Positions 25,919 through 36,290 are shown, counted from the first letter of the stretch. The stretch is DNA of 64,000 nt from an uncultured Clostridia bacterium (GCA_944332815.1 CALVKQ010000002.1:1787-65786), one strand, 5' to 3'. The notes: generated from the letters alone by a model not told the origin. Numbers and translations are program-made.

Positions 25919-27571
25919 TTATTTGTCGCTGTCAACATCGGTTTCGGGCGAGGATGCCACGTTTTCCTCTTCGGCGACTTCCTCGTTTTCGCGCGCTTCG
26001 AACTCGGACACCGAGGCAAAGACATCCGCGTCGCCGCAGCCTGCCAGGTGTTCCACACCCTCCGCATTGTCTATGCTGATGGCGTTGTTGGCGTATGCCT
26101 CGCGGAGATGCTCTTCTTTCAAAATCTGAAGCTGCGCGACCTTCTTTTTGGAGAGCGGATACCACACGAGAAGCACCACTGCCATTATGGCGAACAGCAC
26201 CGCAGGTATCACGGTCGCCATGTCGTACATCACGGAAAGGTTCTCCGCCGTCTGTATCGCGCCTTTGGTGTAATCGTAATTCATCCCGAGCAATGCGCCG
26301 TTGACCGCTATCGCCGCTATGACCTGCCCTAATTTTCTGAAAAACATGAAGAAGGAATACGCGGTGCCGTCGTCGCGGCGTCCCGTTTTGATCTCTATCT
26401 CATCGATGGCGTCCGTCGCCATGGACCACACTTGCAGGATGATGAAGGTCATGCCCATGCCGCTTATGAAGCAGAGGACGAGGAAGAGGTACGCGAGGAT
26501 GTCGGGATCGACGGAGCGCAGCGCGAACATACCGAGGTTGGCAGCCGCGGCGACGATCATGCCCACGCCGCAAAGCTCCTTCTTGCCGAACCTGCGCACC
26601 ATCTTTGGAGTGAACAGCATGAATATGACCATGGGCGCGTAGGTGCACACCGTGGAAACCAGGTTCATCCAGTTCATGACGAAGTAGTCGTCAAAGAGAT
26701 AGAGATAGAAACTCTGCGTGAACATCTGCCCTGCAAGCAGCAGCATGCTCGCCACGCTGACTGCGACGAAAGCTCTGTTGCGGAAGAGGCCCTTGATGAT
26801 GGTGAGCGTTTCACCCTTTTCCCTCTTCGCCTGCGGCTTTGCGATGACGCGCTCTTTGTTGTAGACGAACGCGAGGATGAGCATACAAAGTGCTATGGCG
26901 GCGACCACCGCGACGCCGATGATGACGGGGGTGTACTGCATCTCGGTTATTGTCCTTCCGGTTTCGGGATTCACACCCACGTCTTTATAGCAGAAAGTCG
27001 CGATGAGCACCGCAGGGACGGAACCGACGCCCGCGCCTATCGAACGGAACACAGAAAGCGTCGTGCGCTCCTTTTCGTCGGTGGTGACGACGGAAGCAAG
27101 ACCGCCGTAAGGGATCTGCAACATGGTGTAGCTCATGCCGAACATGACGTAAGTCACGGTCGCGTATATGCACGTGCCGACGTAATTTTCCGTGCCGGTG
27201 AGCCCGGGCCAGCGTATGAACATCAGCACCGTGGAGATGATGAGAGGCCCTGCCGCCCACAAAAACCACGGGCGGTATCTGCCCCATTTGGACAGCTTGA
27301 TGGTGTCCGTTATCCTCCCCATTATGGGGTCGTTGATGGCGTCCCATATCCTCGCGCCGATGAACATCAGCATGATGAACAGCGGACTGAGGCTGAATAT
27401 GTCCGTGTAGAACTTCTGCAAAAAGGAAGTCACCAATCCGAACACAAGACAGCAAGCTGTATCTCCCATCGCGTACGCGACGTAATCCTTGGTTTTCAAA
27501 CCGCTGGTACGGGAAATAAAGCTCTGCTCTTCCTTTGCCGTTTCCTGAACGGCGCTCACGTTTTCACTCAT
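25919..27571 (-). CDS. GPH-family glycoside/pentoside/hexuronide:cation symporter (MFS) with acidic C-terminal tail
   Basis: 12-TM pattern and DAINDPIMG motif. The ATG at 27571 follows GGAGAA; the ORF-track start at 27613 is probably too long. Confidence 0.85.
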   Translation of the reverse strand: MSENVSAVQETAKEEQSFISRTSGLKTKDYVAYAMGDTACCLVFGLVTSFLQKFYTDIFSLSPLFIMLMFIGARIWDAINDPIMGRITDTIKLSKWGRYRPWFLWAAGPLIISTVLMFIRWPGLTGTENYVGTCIYATVTYVMFGMSYTMLQIPYGGLASVVTTDEKERTTLSVFRSIGAGVGSVPAVLIATFCYKDVGVNPETGRTITEMQYTPVIIGVAVVAAIALCMLILAFVYNKERVIAKPQAKREKGETLTIIKGLFRNRAFVAVSVASMLLLAGQMFTQSFYLYLFDDYFVMNWMNLVSTVCTYAPMVIFMLFTPKMVRRFGKKELCGVGMIVAAAANLGMFALRSVDPDILAYLFLVLCFISGMGMTFIILQVWSMATDAIDEIEIKTGRRDDGTAYSFFMFFRKLGQVIAAIAVNGALLGMNYDYTKGAIQTAENLSVMYDMATVIPAVLFAIMAVVLLVWYPLSKKKVAQLQILKEEHLREAYANNAISIDNAEGVEHLAGCGDADVFASVSEFEARENEEVAEEENVASSPETDVDSDK

Positions 27572-27622
27572 ATTTTCTCCCTTTGCACAACGTCGCGCGC
27601 TGCGGCAGCGCATTACATTTTA

Positions 27623-28780
27623 TCACTTGCTCTGCTTCGCCTTTTCTTCCTCTTTGCGCTTTTCGAGTTCCGCGATAAATTCATTTTCGTCGAGAGGGAG
27701 CGCTACCTCCCGTCCCGTCCACGCGGAAAGATGTATGGCGTTGGAGAAAGTCAGACCGGTTATACCCTGTTCGCCGGGCGCGGTGAATTTCTCCGCCTTT
27801 CCGAGCAGCCTGTCGGTGTAATTCTTGATGATGCCTATGTGCTGGGGCGGATACTTCTTGAAACGGAGATAATGCCCTATGCCGCGATAGGTGTGTTTCT
27901 TGGTCTTGGGCTTGCCCATGAACACGGTGTTGTGCTCCGAAAAGACGGGTTCGAGTTCCGCATTCTCCGTGAAAGTGAGCTTGCCGTTTTCGATGACTAT
28001 CTTTCCGCCCTCGCCCGTTATCTCCAACCTGTTCGTGCTCGGCGCGTCGTGTGTGGAGGTGATGAACACGCCCGTGGCGCCGTTTGCAAACTTGCAATAC
28101 GCCGTCACGTCGTTTTCCACGCTGATGTCCCTGCCCACCGTGGACGCCGTGGCAGTCACGCTGACGGGCAGCCCCGCCAGCCACGTGAAGAGGTCGAGCT
28201 GATGAGGACACTGGTTGAGCAGGACGCCGCCGCCCTCTCCCCACCAAGTGCCGCGCCAGCCGCCCTGGGCATAATACGCGCGCGGACGGTACCAGTTGGT
28301 GATGATCCAAACTATCCTGGTGAGCTTCCCAAGCCTGCCGCTCTCGATGAGCTCCTTCGCCCTGATGTACAGCGGATTGGTGCGCTGGTTGAACATCATC
28401 CCGAAAAGGAGATCGGGGTGCTTCTTCGCCTCCTCGTTCATCTCGCGCACCTGCGCGGTGTACACCCCTGCCGGCTTGTCGCAAAGCACGTTAAGACCTG
28501 CGCGCATGGCGGCTATCGCGATCTCGGGATGAAAGTAATGCGGAGTTTCTATCATAACGGCGTCGATGAGCCCGGAGACGAACATCTCCTGATAGTCGGA
28601 AAACACCTTGACTCCTTTCAGGTTCTCCTCCGCGTACTTGCGCCTTTCGGGCAGTATATCGCAGACCGCGGTAAGTCTTGCCCCTTTCACAAGACCTTTG
28701 AGTTTCGTGAATATCTTGGTGTAAAACGTGCCCTGTTTGCCTATGCCGACGATGCCGTACCTGACCTCTTTGAGTTCCAT
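27623..28780 (-). CDS. Gfo/Idh/MocA family oxidoreductase
   Basis: N-terminal Rossmann segment YGIVGIGKQG and the typical C-terminal alpha/beta domain. Confidence 0.85.
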   Translation of the reverse strand: MELKEVRYGIVGIGKQGTFYTKIFTKLKGLVKGARLTAVCDILPERRKYAEENLKGVKVFSDYQEMFVSGLIDAVMIETPHYFHPEIAIAAMRAGLNVLCDKPAGVYTAQVREMNEEAKKHPDLLFGMMFNQRTNPLYIRAKELIESGRLGKLTRIVWIITNWYRPRAYYAQGGWRGTWWGEGGGVLLNQCPHQLDLFTWLAGLPVSVTATASTVGRDISVENDVTAYCKFANGATGVFITSTHDAPSTNRLEITGEGGKIVIENGKLTFTENAELEPVFSEHNTVFMGKPKTKKHTYRGIGHYLRFKKYPPQHIGIIKNYTDRLLGKAEKFTAPGEQGITGLTFSNAIHLSAWTGREVALPLDENEFIAELEKRKEEEKAKQSK

Positions 28781-28781
28781 A

Positions 28782-29696
28782 TCACTCCTCCGTCAATTTT
28801 CTCAGATTCTGATATTGCCACAAGAAAACTTTCTTGCGCGACGCGCACGCGAAATATCCCATGCCCTGCGCCTTGTCGATAAGTCTGAACGCCTTGAAGT
28901 AGTTCTTCATGACGAGCGGCATGAAGGGGATGAAGTACACTATCGGTTTCAGCAGCGCGTACTTGAAAGTGTGCGGCTCCATGGTCATGAAGCCCTCATA
29001 CCCCCTCTTTTTGAGCTCGGGAAGTATATACTCGTACCCTCCCTTGCCGACCCCGACGGGGACCTCCACCTTATACTCGGAACAATCCTTGATGTGGTAA
29101 TAGACCACATAATCTTTCAGCATATCGAACGCCGCTTTCGGGTCCGCGTCGCACTGGACGTAATTGCTTGCGTCGAAGCAGAGCACGAAGTCCTCGTCCG
29201 CTATCTCGCGGTAAAGTTTCAACACGCGTTCGGGGACGTCGCCGTATATCTTCTTCTCGTTTTCGTGCATGAGTTTGACGCCGCTTCCCTTGACGACGGC
29301 GAGCAGCTCTTTTAGGCGCGCCACCACTTTATCGTGGCAGGAAGACGGCTCCTTGTCCCCGTAAAAGAAGGAGAATATCCTGATATAGCTGCACCCCGTG
29401 AGCGCGGCTATCCTGACGAGTTCGGCAAGCTGCTTTTTTTGCTTTTCGAAACCTTCATCGTCGTCGATGCCCACTTTGCCTATCGGCGAACCTATGGAAG
29501 AAAACTTTATACCTTCCTTTTCCAGCACGGGATAAATGTCCCTTTTGAATTCCTCGAACGTGTAGTCCGCGATGTTCTTCCCGTTCAAATTCCGAGGACA
29601 CATATACTTTTCCCCAAGCTCATGCAAAACGCCGATCTGGGTGCTTAAACTGCTGCTTATCTCATCATAAAACCCCGATATCGTTATCTTACCCAT
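28782..29696 (-). CDS. sugar phosphate isomerase/epimerase family protein (TIM barrel)
   Basis: 304 aa, HIKD and MEPH-type motifs. Its stop abuts the downstream oxidoreductase start (1-nt gap). Confidence 0.8.
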   Translation of the reverse strand: MGKITISGFYDEISSSLSTQIGVLHELGEKYMCPRNLNGKNIADYTFEEFKRDIYPVLEKEGIKFSSIGSPIGKVGIDDDEGFEKQKKQLAELVRIAALTGCSYIRIFSFFYGDKEPSSCHDKVVARLKELLAVVKGSGVKLMHENEKKIYGDVPERVLKLYREIADEDFVLCFDASNYVQCDADPKAAFDMLKDYVVYYHIKDCSEYKVEVPVGVGKGGYEYILPELKKRGYEGFMTMEPHTFKYALLKPIVYFIPFMPLVMKNYFKAFRLIDKAQGMGYFACASRKKVFLWQYQNLRKLTEE

Positions 29697-29721
29697 TTTC
29701 TCCTCCTGTACGGCGCGGCGT

Positions 29722-30741
29722 TCAGCGCTGCACGCGTCCGCTGGCGTTGCCTGCCGCGAGCGACTGCACCTCCGCTGCCGTCACCATGTTGTAATCCCCT
29801 TCCACGGAGTGTTTGAGGCAGCTCGCCGCCACGGCAAATCCCACCGCGTCGCGCTGCGTGTATCCGTTCATCATGGCGTATATCAGTCCTGCCGCGAAGC
29901 TGTCGCCGCCGCCCACTCTGTCCACGATGTGCACGGCGTACTTGGGACTGAACTCCGCGCCGTCTTTCGTGTACAGCATACCTGCCCAGTTGTTGTCGCT
30001 GGCGCTCAGGCTCTCGCGCAGCGTTATCGCCACCGCCTTGAAACCGAACCTGTCCGCGAGTTGTTTTGCCACGGACACGTAACCGTCCCTGTCCAGCACT
30101 CCTTTGCCGACGTCCGAACCCTGCGCCTTTATGCCGAAGACGTCATCGGCGTCCTCTTCGTTCGCTATGCAGACGTCGACATAGCCGCATATCTCGCTCA
30201 TGGCCTCGCGCGCCGCTTCCCTGCTCCACAGTTTCTTGCGAAAATTGAGGTCGCAGGACACGGTGAGCCCCTTCGCTTTCGCCGCCTTTGCCGCCTGTAA
30301 GGTTATCTTCGCGAGCGTGGGAGAAAGCGCCGGCGTGATCCCCGTGAAATGGAACCAATCCGCCCCCGTGAATATCTTCTCCCAATCGAAATCCTCCGCC
30401 GAGGCGGTGGCTATCGAGGAGGCGCTGCGGTCGTATATAACTTTGCTGGGACGCTGGCTCGCGCCCTTTTCGCAAAAGTAGATGCCCACCCTGTCGCCGC
30501 CTCTGACGATATAAGAGGTGTCCACTCCGTAACGGCGGAGGGAGTTGAGCGCGCTCTGTCCCACCTCGTGGGTGGGGAGTTTTGTCACGAACGCCGCGTC
30601 CATGCCGAAGTTGGCAAGCGAAACGGCGACGTTGGCTTCCGCGCCGCCGAAGGTCGCTTCCAGCCTGTCGCACTGCACCAACCGAAGGTGGTCTTCGGGT
30701 TGAAGACGCAGCATTATCTCACCGAATGTCACGACTCGCAT
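29722..30741 (-). CDS. kdgK: 2-dehydro-3-deoxygluconokinase
   Basis: MRVVTFGEIMLRLQP...GGAEANVAVSLANFG, with GGGDSF near the C-terminus. The ATG at 30741 has a GGAGA RBS. The 437-aa track ORF is an upstream run-on into eda. Confidence 0.85.
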   Translation of the reverse strand: MRVVTFGEIMLRLQPEDHLRLVQCDRLEATFGGAEANVAVSLANFGMDAAFVTKLPTHEVGQSALNSLRRYGVDTSYIVRGGDRVGIYFCEKGASQRPSKVIYDRSASSIATASAEDFDWEKIFTGADWFHFTGITPALSPTLAKITLQAAKAAKAKGLTVSCDLNFRKKLWSREAAREAMSEICGYVDVCIANEEDADDVFGIKAQGSDVGKGVLDRDGYVSVAKQLADRFGFKAVAITLRESLSASDNNWAGMLYTKDGAEFSPKYAVHIVDRVGGGDSFAAGLIYAMMNGYTQRDAVGFAVAASCLKHSVEGDYNMVTAAEVQSLAAGNASGRVQR

Positions 30742-31304
30742 ATTTTCATTATCTCCTTGCAATTCGCCGTGATGTCCCCCTTCATCATGAAGGAACCGCC
30801 CACGGCGTACACTTTGTCGAAATCCAGATACTCTTTCAGGTTCGCGAGGCTGACGCCCCCCGTCGGGATGAACCTGACCTGCGGAAAGGGCGCGGACAAC
30901 GCTTTCATGGTGGCTATGCCGCCATACTCCGCCGCAGGGAAAAATTTGACGACATTGAGCCCGTGCGCGAGCGCTCTCATTATCTCCGTGGGCGTCACAC
31001 ACCCGGGATAATACGTCATGCCGCGCTCCGCACAAAACTCGGCGACATCCTCCGCAAACCCCGGAGAAACGATGAACCTCGCTCCTGCTTCCGCCGCTCT
31101 TTTAGCCTGCGCTGCGTTTATGACCGTGCCTGCGCCTATCTCCATATCGGGGAAGGCGGCGCATCCCGTCCTTATCGCTTCCTCGGCACACGCGGTGCGG
31201 AAGGTTATCTCCGCACGGTTTATCCCTCCTGCGCGGAGCGCTTCCAGCGTCTTGACGGTGTCCGTCGCATCTTTGATGACCACGACAGGGATTACCGCTT
31301 TCAT
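30729..31304 (-). CDS. eda: KDPG / 4-hydroxy-2-oxoglutarate aldolase
   Basis: GINRAEITFRT, IGAGTV and KFFPA motifs. Start taken at the MKAVIPVV ATG at 31304. Confidence 0.85.
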   Translation of the reverse strand: MKAVIPVVVIKDATDTVKTLEALRAGGINRAEITFRTACAEEAIRTGCAAFPDMEIGAGTVINAAQAKRAAEAGARFIVSPGFAEDVAEFCAERGMTYYPGCVTPTEIMRALAHGLNVVKFFPAAEYGGIATMKALSAPFPQVRFIPTGGVSLANLKEYLDFDKVYAVGGSFMMKGDITANCKEIMKICES

Positions 31305-31305
31305 G

Positions 31306-32136
31306 TCACACCCCACTGTACGCGGAAAATCCGCCGTCCACGGGGATGACCGTCCCCGTGACGAAGCCGCTCGCTGCGTCATTAGTGAGCCAGAGCAGGC
31401 AGCCGACCAGGTCGCTCACTTCGCCGAACTTGCGCATGGGCGTTGCGGCAAGTATCTTCCCCGTGCGCGGAGTGGGAGTGCCGTCCGCGTTAAAGAGGAG
31501 AGCCTTGTTCTGCTTGGTAACAAAAAACCCGGGCGCGATCGCGTTGCAGCGTATGCCGCACGGGGCAAAATGCACCGCCAGCCACTGCGTGAAGTTGGAT
31601 ATCCCTGCCTTCGCCGCGCTGTATGCCGGGATCTTCGTGAGAGGGGTGAACGCGTTCATGGAAGAGATGTTGATTATGTTGCCTCCCCTCTTCACCATAT
31701 CCGCCGCGAACACCTGCGTGACCAAAAACGCCGACGTGATGTTGAGGTCGAACACGAATTTCAATCCGCTCTCTTCGAGGGCGAAAAAGTCTTTGACGCC
31801 TGTGAGATCCGGGGTCATGTACTCGTTGTCCGTGGTAGCGCGCGGATTGTTGCCGCCTGCGCCGTTGATGAGGATGTCCGCCTCGCCGAACGCGGCGTGC
31901 ACTTTGTCGCGCGCTCTCATTATATCCGCCTTGTCCAGGCAGTTGCACCTGACCGCCAACGCGTTTTCGCCTATGCCGTCCGCGACCTGTTTTGCCGCCG
32001 CCTCGTCGATATCCAGCAAAGCGACCTTCGCGCCGCACTCAGCAAGCGCCGCCGCGAACTCGGAGCATATCACTCCGCCTGCGCCGGTTATCACCGCCAC
32101 TTTGCCCGAAAGGTCTGTAACGAAGGGAAATTTCAT
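31306..32136 (-). CDS. SDR-family oxidoreductase (UxuB/fructuronate-reductase-like by context)
   Basis: TGAGGVIC glycine motif, with the YSAAK catalytic Tyr/Lys. The ATG overlaps the uxuA stop (ATGA). AAGGAGG RBS. Confidence 0.85.
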   Translation of the reverse strand: MKFPFVTDLSGKVAVITGAGGVICSEFAAALAECGAKVALLDIDEAAAKQVADGIGENALAVRCNCLDKADIMRARDKVHAAFGEADILINGAGGNNPRATTDNEYMTPDLTGVKDFFALEESGLKFVFDLNITSAFLVTQVFAADMVKRGGNIINISSMNAFTPLTKIPAYSAAKAGISNFTQWLAVHFAPCGIRCNAIAPGFFVTKQNKALLFNADGTPTPRTGKILAATPMRKFGEVSDLVGCLLWLTNDAASGFVTGTVIPVDGGFSAYSGV

Positions 32137-33170
32137 CTTTGTTCCTCCTTTTCCACCGCTTCGAAGAGCCCCGTGAGATAGCACGCTCCCATTGCTCTGT
32201 CATAAAGCCCGTAACCGGGTTTTGCGTCCTCGCCCCACACGTTCCTGCCGTGGTCGGGACGCACGTAACCGTCAAATCCGTTGCGGACGAGCGCGCGCAC
32301 TATGCCGAACATATCCACGTCGCCGCAGGCGGTCTGATGCCCGTTCTCGTAAAAATCCTCCGCACCCTCGTATTTGAGCTGCCTCAGGTGCGCGAAATGT
32401 ATGCGCTTTGCGTACTTTGCCGCCATCGCGGTGAGGTCGTTGAACCTCCCTGCTCCCAGGCTGCCCGTGCAGAAAGTCAAACCGTTGCGCTCGCTCGGGA
32501 CTGCGGCGAACAACCTGTCCAGGTCCTCCTCGCGCGAAACCACGCGCGGCAGCCCGAACACGTCCCACGGGGGATCGTCGGGATGTATCGCCATATCCAC
32601 CCCCACTCGCTCGCAAACGGGGATGATCTCCTTCAAAAACCACACAAGGTTTTCAAACAGCTGCCCGTGGGTCATGCCTTTGTACTCGTCAAGCAGCGCG
32701 CCGAGTTGTTCGGGCGCATAACTTTCGTCCCACCCGGGCAGATGCAGATCGCCGGGATCGAGCGCAAGCAGCGCGGAATGTTCGTATCTGAGGGAGGTCG
32801 AGCCGTCGGGATGCCTGAAAGCGAGGTCCGTCCTGAGCCAATCGAACACGGGCATGAAGTTGTAGCATATGCACTTGACTCCTGCCGCGGCGCAGGTTTC
32901 GATGTTGCGCTTGTACGCTTCCGTGTAACGCACGCGCGACGGCTTACCAAGTTTCACATCCTCGTGAACGGGAACGGATTCTATGACCTCCGTTTCCAGC
33001 CCCTCTTTTGCGGCAAGTTCTTTAAGACGCATGAGATCGGCGTATTCCCACGCCTCTCCCACCGGAGTGTCGTACACCGCGGTGACCACGCCGCTCACTC
33101 CCTGTATCTGCTTGATGTAAGAGAGTGGGATGGGGTCGCTCTCACCGTACCAACGGAAAGTCATTTTCAT
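32133..33170 (-). CDS. uxuA: mannonate dehydratase
   Basis: MKMTFRWYGESDP is the canonical UxuA N-terminus. The track ORF is extended upstream. Confidence 0.9.
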   Translation of the reverse strand: MKMTFRWYGESDPIPLSYIKQIQGVSGVVTAVYDTPVGEAWEYADLMRLKELAAKEGLETEVIESVPVHEDVKLGKPSRVRYTEAYKRNIETCAAAGVKCICYNFMPVFDWLRTDLAFRHPDGSTSLRYEHSALLALDPGDLHLPGWDESYAPEQLGALLDEYKGMTHGQLFENLVWFLKEIIPVCERVGVDMAIHPDDPPWDVFGLPRVVSREEDLDRLFAAVPSERNGLTFCTGSLGAGRFNDLTAMAAKYAKRIHFAHLRQLKYEGAEDFYENGHQTACGDVDMFGIVRALVRNGFDGYVRPDHGRNVWGEDAKPGYGLYDRAMGACYLTGLFEAVEKEEQR

Positions 33171-34360
33171 AAGCCCAGCGCCTCCTTGATGTTGCGGTAT
33201 GCTATGTCGCGAGCGAGGTCGGACGCCGCCGCGGCGTCGTACTCCCCTTTCTCGCAAAGTTCACCGAGATAGGACGCGAGGATGCGCCTGTAAAAGTCGA
33301 AACGGACGTAGGAGCTGAAAGATCTGCTGTCCGTAAGCATGCCCGTATTGGTGCCCAGCGCCGCGTACTCCGCCACGGTTTCCAGCTGCCGCCTTATCCC
33401 ACACACGGTGTCGTTGAACCACCACGCAGCCCCGACCAACACGTTGGGGAAAGCGCCGGATATCGCGCAAACAGCCCTTAAATATACGTCATTGAGCGGA
33501 TAAAGTATTATTTTAGGCAAACCGCCCAGTACCGAGCACATCTTGTCCAGCAGTTTCGCGAGCGCGTCCGTGGAGATGCTGTCGCGGAATACGTCGAAGC
33601 CCGAATCCCTGCCTATCGAGAAAAACGCCTTGGAGTTGATGTTGCGGAAAGTGCCGAAATGCAACTGCAAGATCACTCCCTTTTCGTAGCACTTTCTTAT
33701 CAGCCATTCGAGGTCGGACGTGTCCGAAAAGCCGTCGAAGCCGTGGTCTGCGAGTTTGCATCCTTTGGAGATGAAGAAGTCCAGCTTATCTTCCAGAAGA
33801 GCTTTGTCCACGCCTTCCGTAAAACATCTGTCGGGACGGAATGTGGGGCGCACCTTTATGCCCCCGATATCCCCGTGCCCGTCAAGCGCGGAGAATGGGT
33901 CGTCCGTGGTGGCGACGTACTCCACCCCGAAACGGGAAAGCATATCCGCCGCACCCATGCCGGAAAGGGAGGCACTCACCCTGTCCCACACCTCTTCCGC
34001 CGTGTCCGCATTGAGTGGGATGTCCACCGAGAAGAGGCGCGAAAGTTCCATATGCGTCCAGTAATAGAGCGGATTGCCGGCAAGTTTCGGAAGCACTTCG
34101 GCGTACTTCAAAAACTTTTCCTTATAAGTGCGGCTGCCGGTGACGTACGCCTCGTCCACGCCGCAAAGGCGCATGGCGCGCCATTTGTAGTGGTCCCCCG
34201 AAAGCCACAGTTCCCCGGGATCCGCAAAATGTCTGTTTTCGGTTATCGCCCTTTCGTCCAAATGACAGTGATAATCGATGATGGGCAGGTCCTTGATGTC
34301 ATCGTAGATCCTTTTCGCCTCACCGCAGGAAAGCAGAAGGTCGTCATCAAAAAAAGCCAT
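33167..34360 (-). CDS. uxaC: glucuronate isomerase
   Basis: FFDDDLLL...LPIIDYHCHL signature. ATG at 34360 after GAGGTG. Confidence 0.85.
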   Translation of the reverse strand: MAFFDDDLLLSCGEAKRIYDDIKDLPIIDYHCHLDERAITENRHFADPGELWLSGDHYKWRAMRLCGVDEAYVTGSRTYKEKFLKYAEVLPKLAGNPLYYWTHMELSRLFSVDIPLNADTAEEVWDRVSASLSGMGAADMLSRFGVEYVATTDDPFSALDGHGDIGGIKVRPTFRPDRCFTEGVDKALLEDKLDFFISKGCKLADHGFDGFSDTSDLEWLIRKCYEKGVILQLHFGTFRNINSKAFFSIGRDSGFDVFRDSISTDALAKLLDKMCSVLGGLPKIILYPLNDVYLRAVCAISGAFPNVLVGAAWWFNDTVCGIRRQLETVAEYAALGTNTGMLTDSRSFSSYVRFDFYRRILASYLGELCEKGEYDAAAASDLARDIAYRNIKEALGL

Positions 34361-34470
34361 AACAACACCTCTCAAAACTGATTTTATTGTATCACCCAAT
34401 ATTTGCACGGTAAACCCTGATTTTTGCTGTTTTACTTGTAAATCTTGCGGCGTTGTGGTAACATCGGATC

Positions 34471-35319
34471 ATGAAAGGCGACCGATACGAAAACCAGCTG
34501 ATGTCCCGTTCCACTTACGAGGTGCATCACAAAAAGGACAAGGACTTCAAGACCGTGGAGATGCACTCCCACGACTTTTCGGAGATATACCTTTTTTTGC
34601 AGGGTTCGGCGAGCTACATCATAGAGGACTGCAAGTATTCCCTCCTCCCGGGGGACCTTCTCATCATCCCTCCCGGCAAGCTGCACCAGCTGGACATCAA
34701 GGACTCCTCCGAAACCTACGAACGCTACGTGCTGTGGATAGATCAACGTTATCTCAAACGCATATCCACTCCGCGCACCGACCTTGCGACGTGCTTTCTG
34801 CGCGCCGCGGAAGACAGCGCGTTCCTCATCCGCAACGCCGTGCTCGCGGACAAGATACAACGGCTGCTCGACGCCGCCTGCGAGGAGCCTGCGTCATTCG
34901 GCTGCGACATAGAAAACGAAGAAAGGATAAAAACTCTGCTCATCGCGCTGGGACAGCACTTCATGCAACACTCCGCGGAGTCCGCAGTGACGGGCACGAG
35001 CAACGCGGTGGTGACGGGCGCGATAGACTACATCTCCGAGCACATAACGGAGGACCTTTCCCTGGACAGGATAGCCGCCGCGCTCTTCGTCAACAAATTT
35101 TATTTCGCCCACATTTTCAAGGAGATGACCAACACTCCCCCTCACCGCTATATACTGAAAAAACGCCTCGTTCTTGCAAAACAGCTGCTGGAACAAGGCA
35201 TTTCCGTGACCGATGTTTATTCTCGCTGCGGATTTTCCGATTACACTAACTTCTTCCGCGCTTTCAAGAACGAATTCGGCATCACTCCCAAGCAATACTA
35301 TGTTTTGATGCGTCAGTGA
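34471..35319 (+). CDS. AraC-family transcriptional regulator (cupin sensor plus HTH)
   Basis: N-terminal cupin (HSHDFSEIYLFLQG) and C-terminal AraC HTH (FYFAHIFKEMTNTPPHRYILKKRL...GFSDYTNFFRAFK). Divergent from uxaC. Confidence 0.9.
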   Translation: MKGDRYENQLMSRSTYEVHHKKDKDFKTVEMHSHDFSEIYLFLQGSASYIIEDCKYSLLPGDLLIIPPGKLHQLDIKDSSETYERYVLWIDQRYLKRISTPRTDLATCFLRAAEDSAFLIRNAVLADKIQRLLDAACEEPASFGCDIENEERIKTLLIALGQHFMQHSAESAVTGTSNAVVTGAIDYISEHITEDLSLDRIAAALFVNKFYFAHIFKEMTNTPPHRYILKKRLVLAKQLLEQGISVTDVYSRCGFSDYTNFFRAFKNEFGITPKQYYVLMRQ

Positions 35320-36290
35320 ACGCTCTGTCCGGAGAGCAAGACCTCCTTCCCCGAACTCGCGTAAGCGCCGAGCGCGGCGCGCACCGAACGCGCCCCCTCC
35401 GCCCCGTCCACGGGGAACTTTCTGCCCTCCGCAAGACAGGCGTAATAGTCGGCTATCAACCTCTCGTGGCTGCTGCCGTACACCCTTTTTCCGCGCACTT
35501 TACCCTTCTCGCCCTGCTGCACGAGGACGCCGTTCACCAGCACTCTGTCCGGAAGCAGCACGACCGTATCCCCGTCCTCCGTCGCGAAGCGTATCTCCGT
35601 GGGCATATCGCACGCCGCCGTGTTTGTGGCATAAAGCCCGAAGGGCACCTTTCCTCCGAAAGAGGCGCAGACGGTGTCCTCCACTTCGATTACGTCACGT
35701 AGCGCGAGCGACGAGGTGCGCGCCGTCACGCTTCGGGGATCGCCGCACGTCAGGATGAGCAGGTCAAGGGTGTGTATCGCCTGATTGATGAGCACGCCGC
35801 CCCCTTCCGTCGCCCACTTGCCCCGCCAGTCGCCCGACGCGTAATAGGCGGCGTCGCGGTGCCAAAGCAGGCTGCCGAAAGCGTATTTTACGCGCTTTTC
35901 CGCGAGTATCTCGCGTGCGAGCAAAGTGGAGGGATTATATCTGTTTTGCAGGCATACGCCGAGCACGGCGTCCGACGCGCGTTCGGCGTTCAGGATGCGC
36001 GCTATATCCTCCTCTTTGATGCAGAGAGGCTTTTCCGCGAGCACGTTCACTCCGCGTTTCAAGGCTTTTATTATCATATCGGCGTGCAGCCAGTGAGGGG
36101 TGCAGATGTGGACGACATCCGGTCTTTCGCGCTCCAACATCTCGTCAAAATCTGCGTAGCGCGCGCAGTCGCGCCCCTCCGTCGCCGCAGGGTCGATGTC
36201 GCACACGGCGGCGAGCTCGATCCCTTGCTCTGCGAGCACTTCCGCATGCACTTTGCCTATGACTCCCAGTCCGACTATAGCTGCTCTCAC
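35313..36290 (-). CDS. Gfo/Idh/MocA family oxidoreductase
   Basis: MRAAIVGLGVIGKVH Rossmann N-terminus. GTG start at 36290 after AAGGAG. Confidence 0.85.
   Translation of the reverse strand: MRAAIVGLGVIGKVHAEVLAEQGIELAAVCDIDPAATEGRDCARYADFDEMLERERPDVVHICTPHWLHADMIIKALKRGVNVLAEKPLCIKEEDIARILNAERASDAVLGVCLQNRYNPSTLLAREILAEKRVKYAFGSLLWHRDAAYYASGDWRGKWATEGGGVLINQAIHTLDLLILTCGDPRSVTARTSSLALRDVIEVEDTVCASFGGKVPFGLYATNTAACDMPTEIRFATEDGDTVVLLPDRVLVNGVLVQQGEKGKVRGKRVYGSSHERLIADYYACLAEGRKFPVDGAEGARSVRAALGAYASSGKEVLLSGQSVH

Noticed and set aside
29722-34408. Long N-terminal extensions in the ORF track for kdgK (437 aa), eda, the SDR, uxuA and uxaC.
   Set aside because: - Internal ATGs with good RBSs give the canonical N-termini (MRVVTFGEIML, MKAVIPVV, MKFPFVTDL, MKMTFRWYG, MAFFDDD).
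- The extensions overlap the preceding genes and are Arg/Gly-rich.
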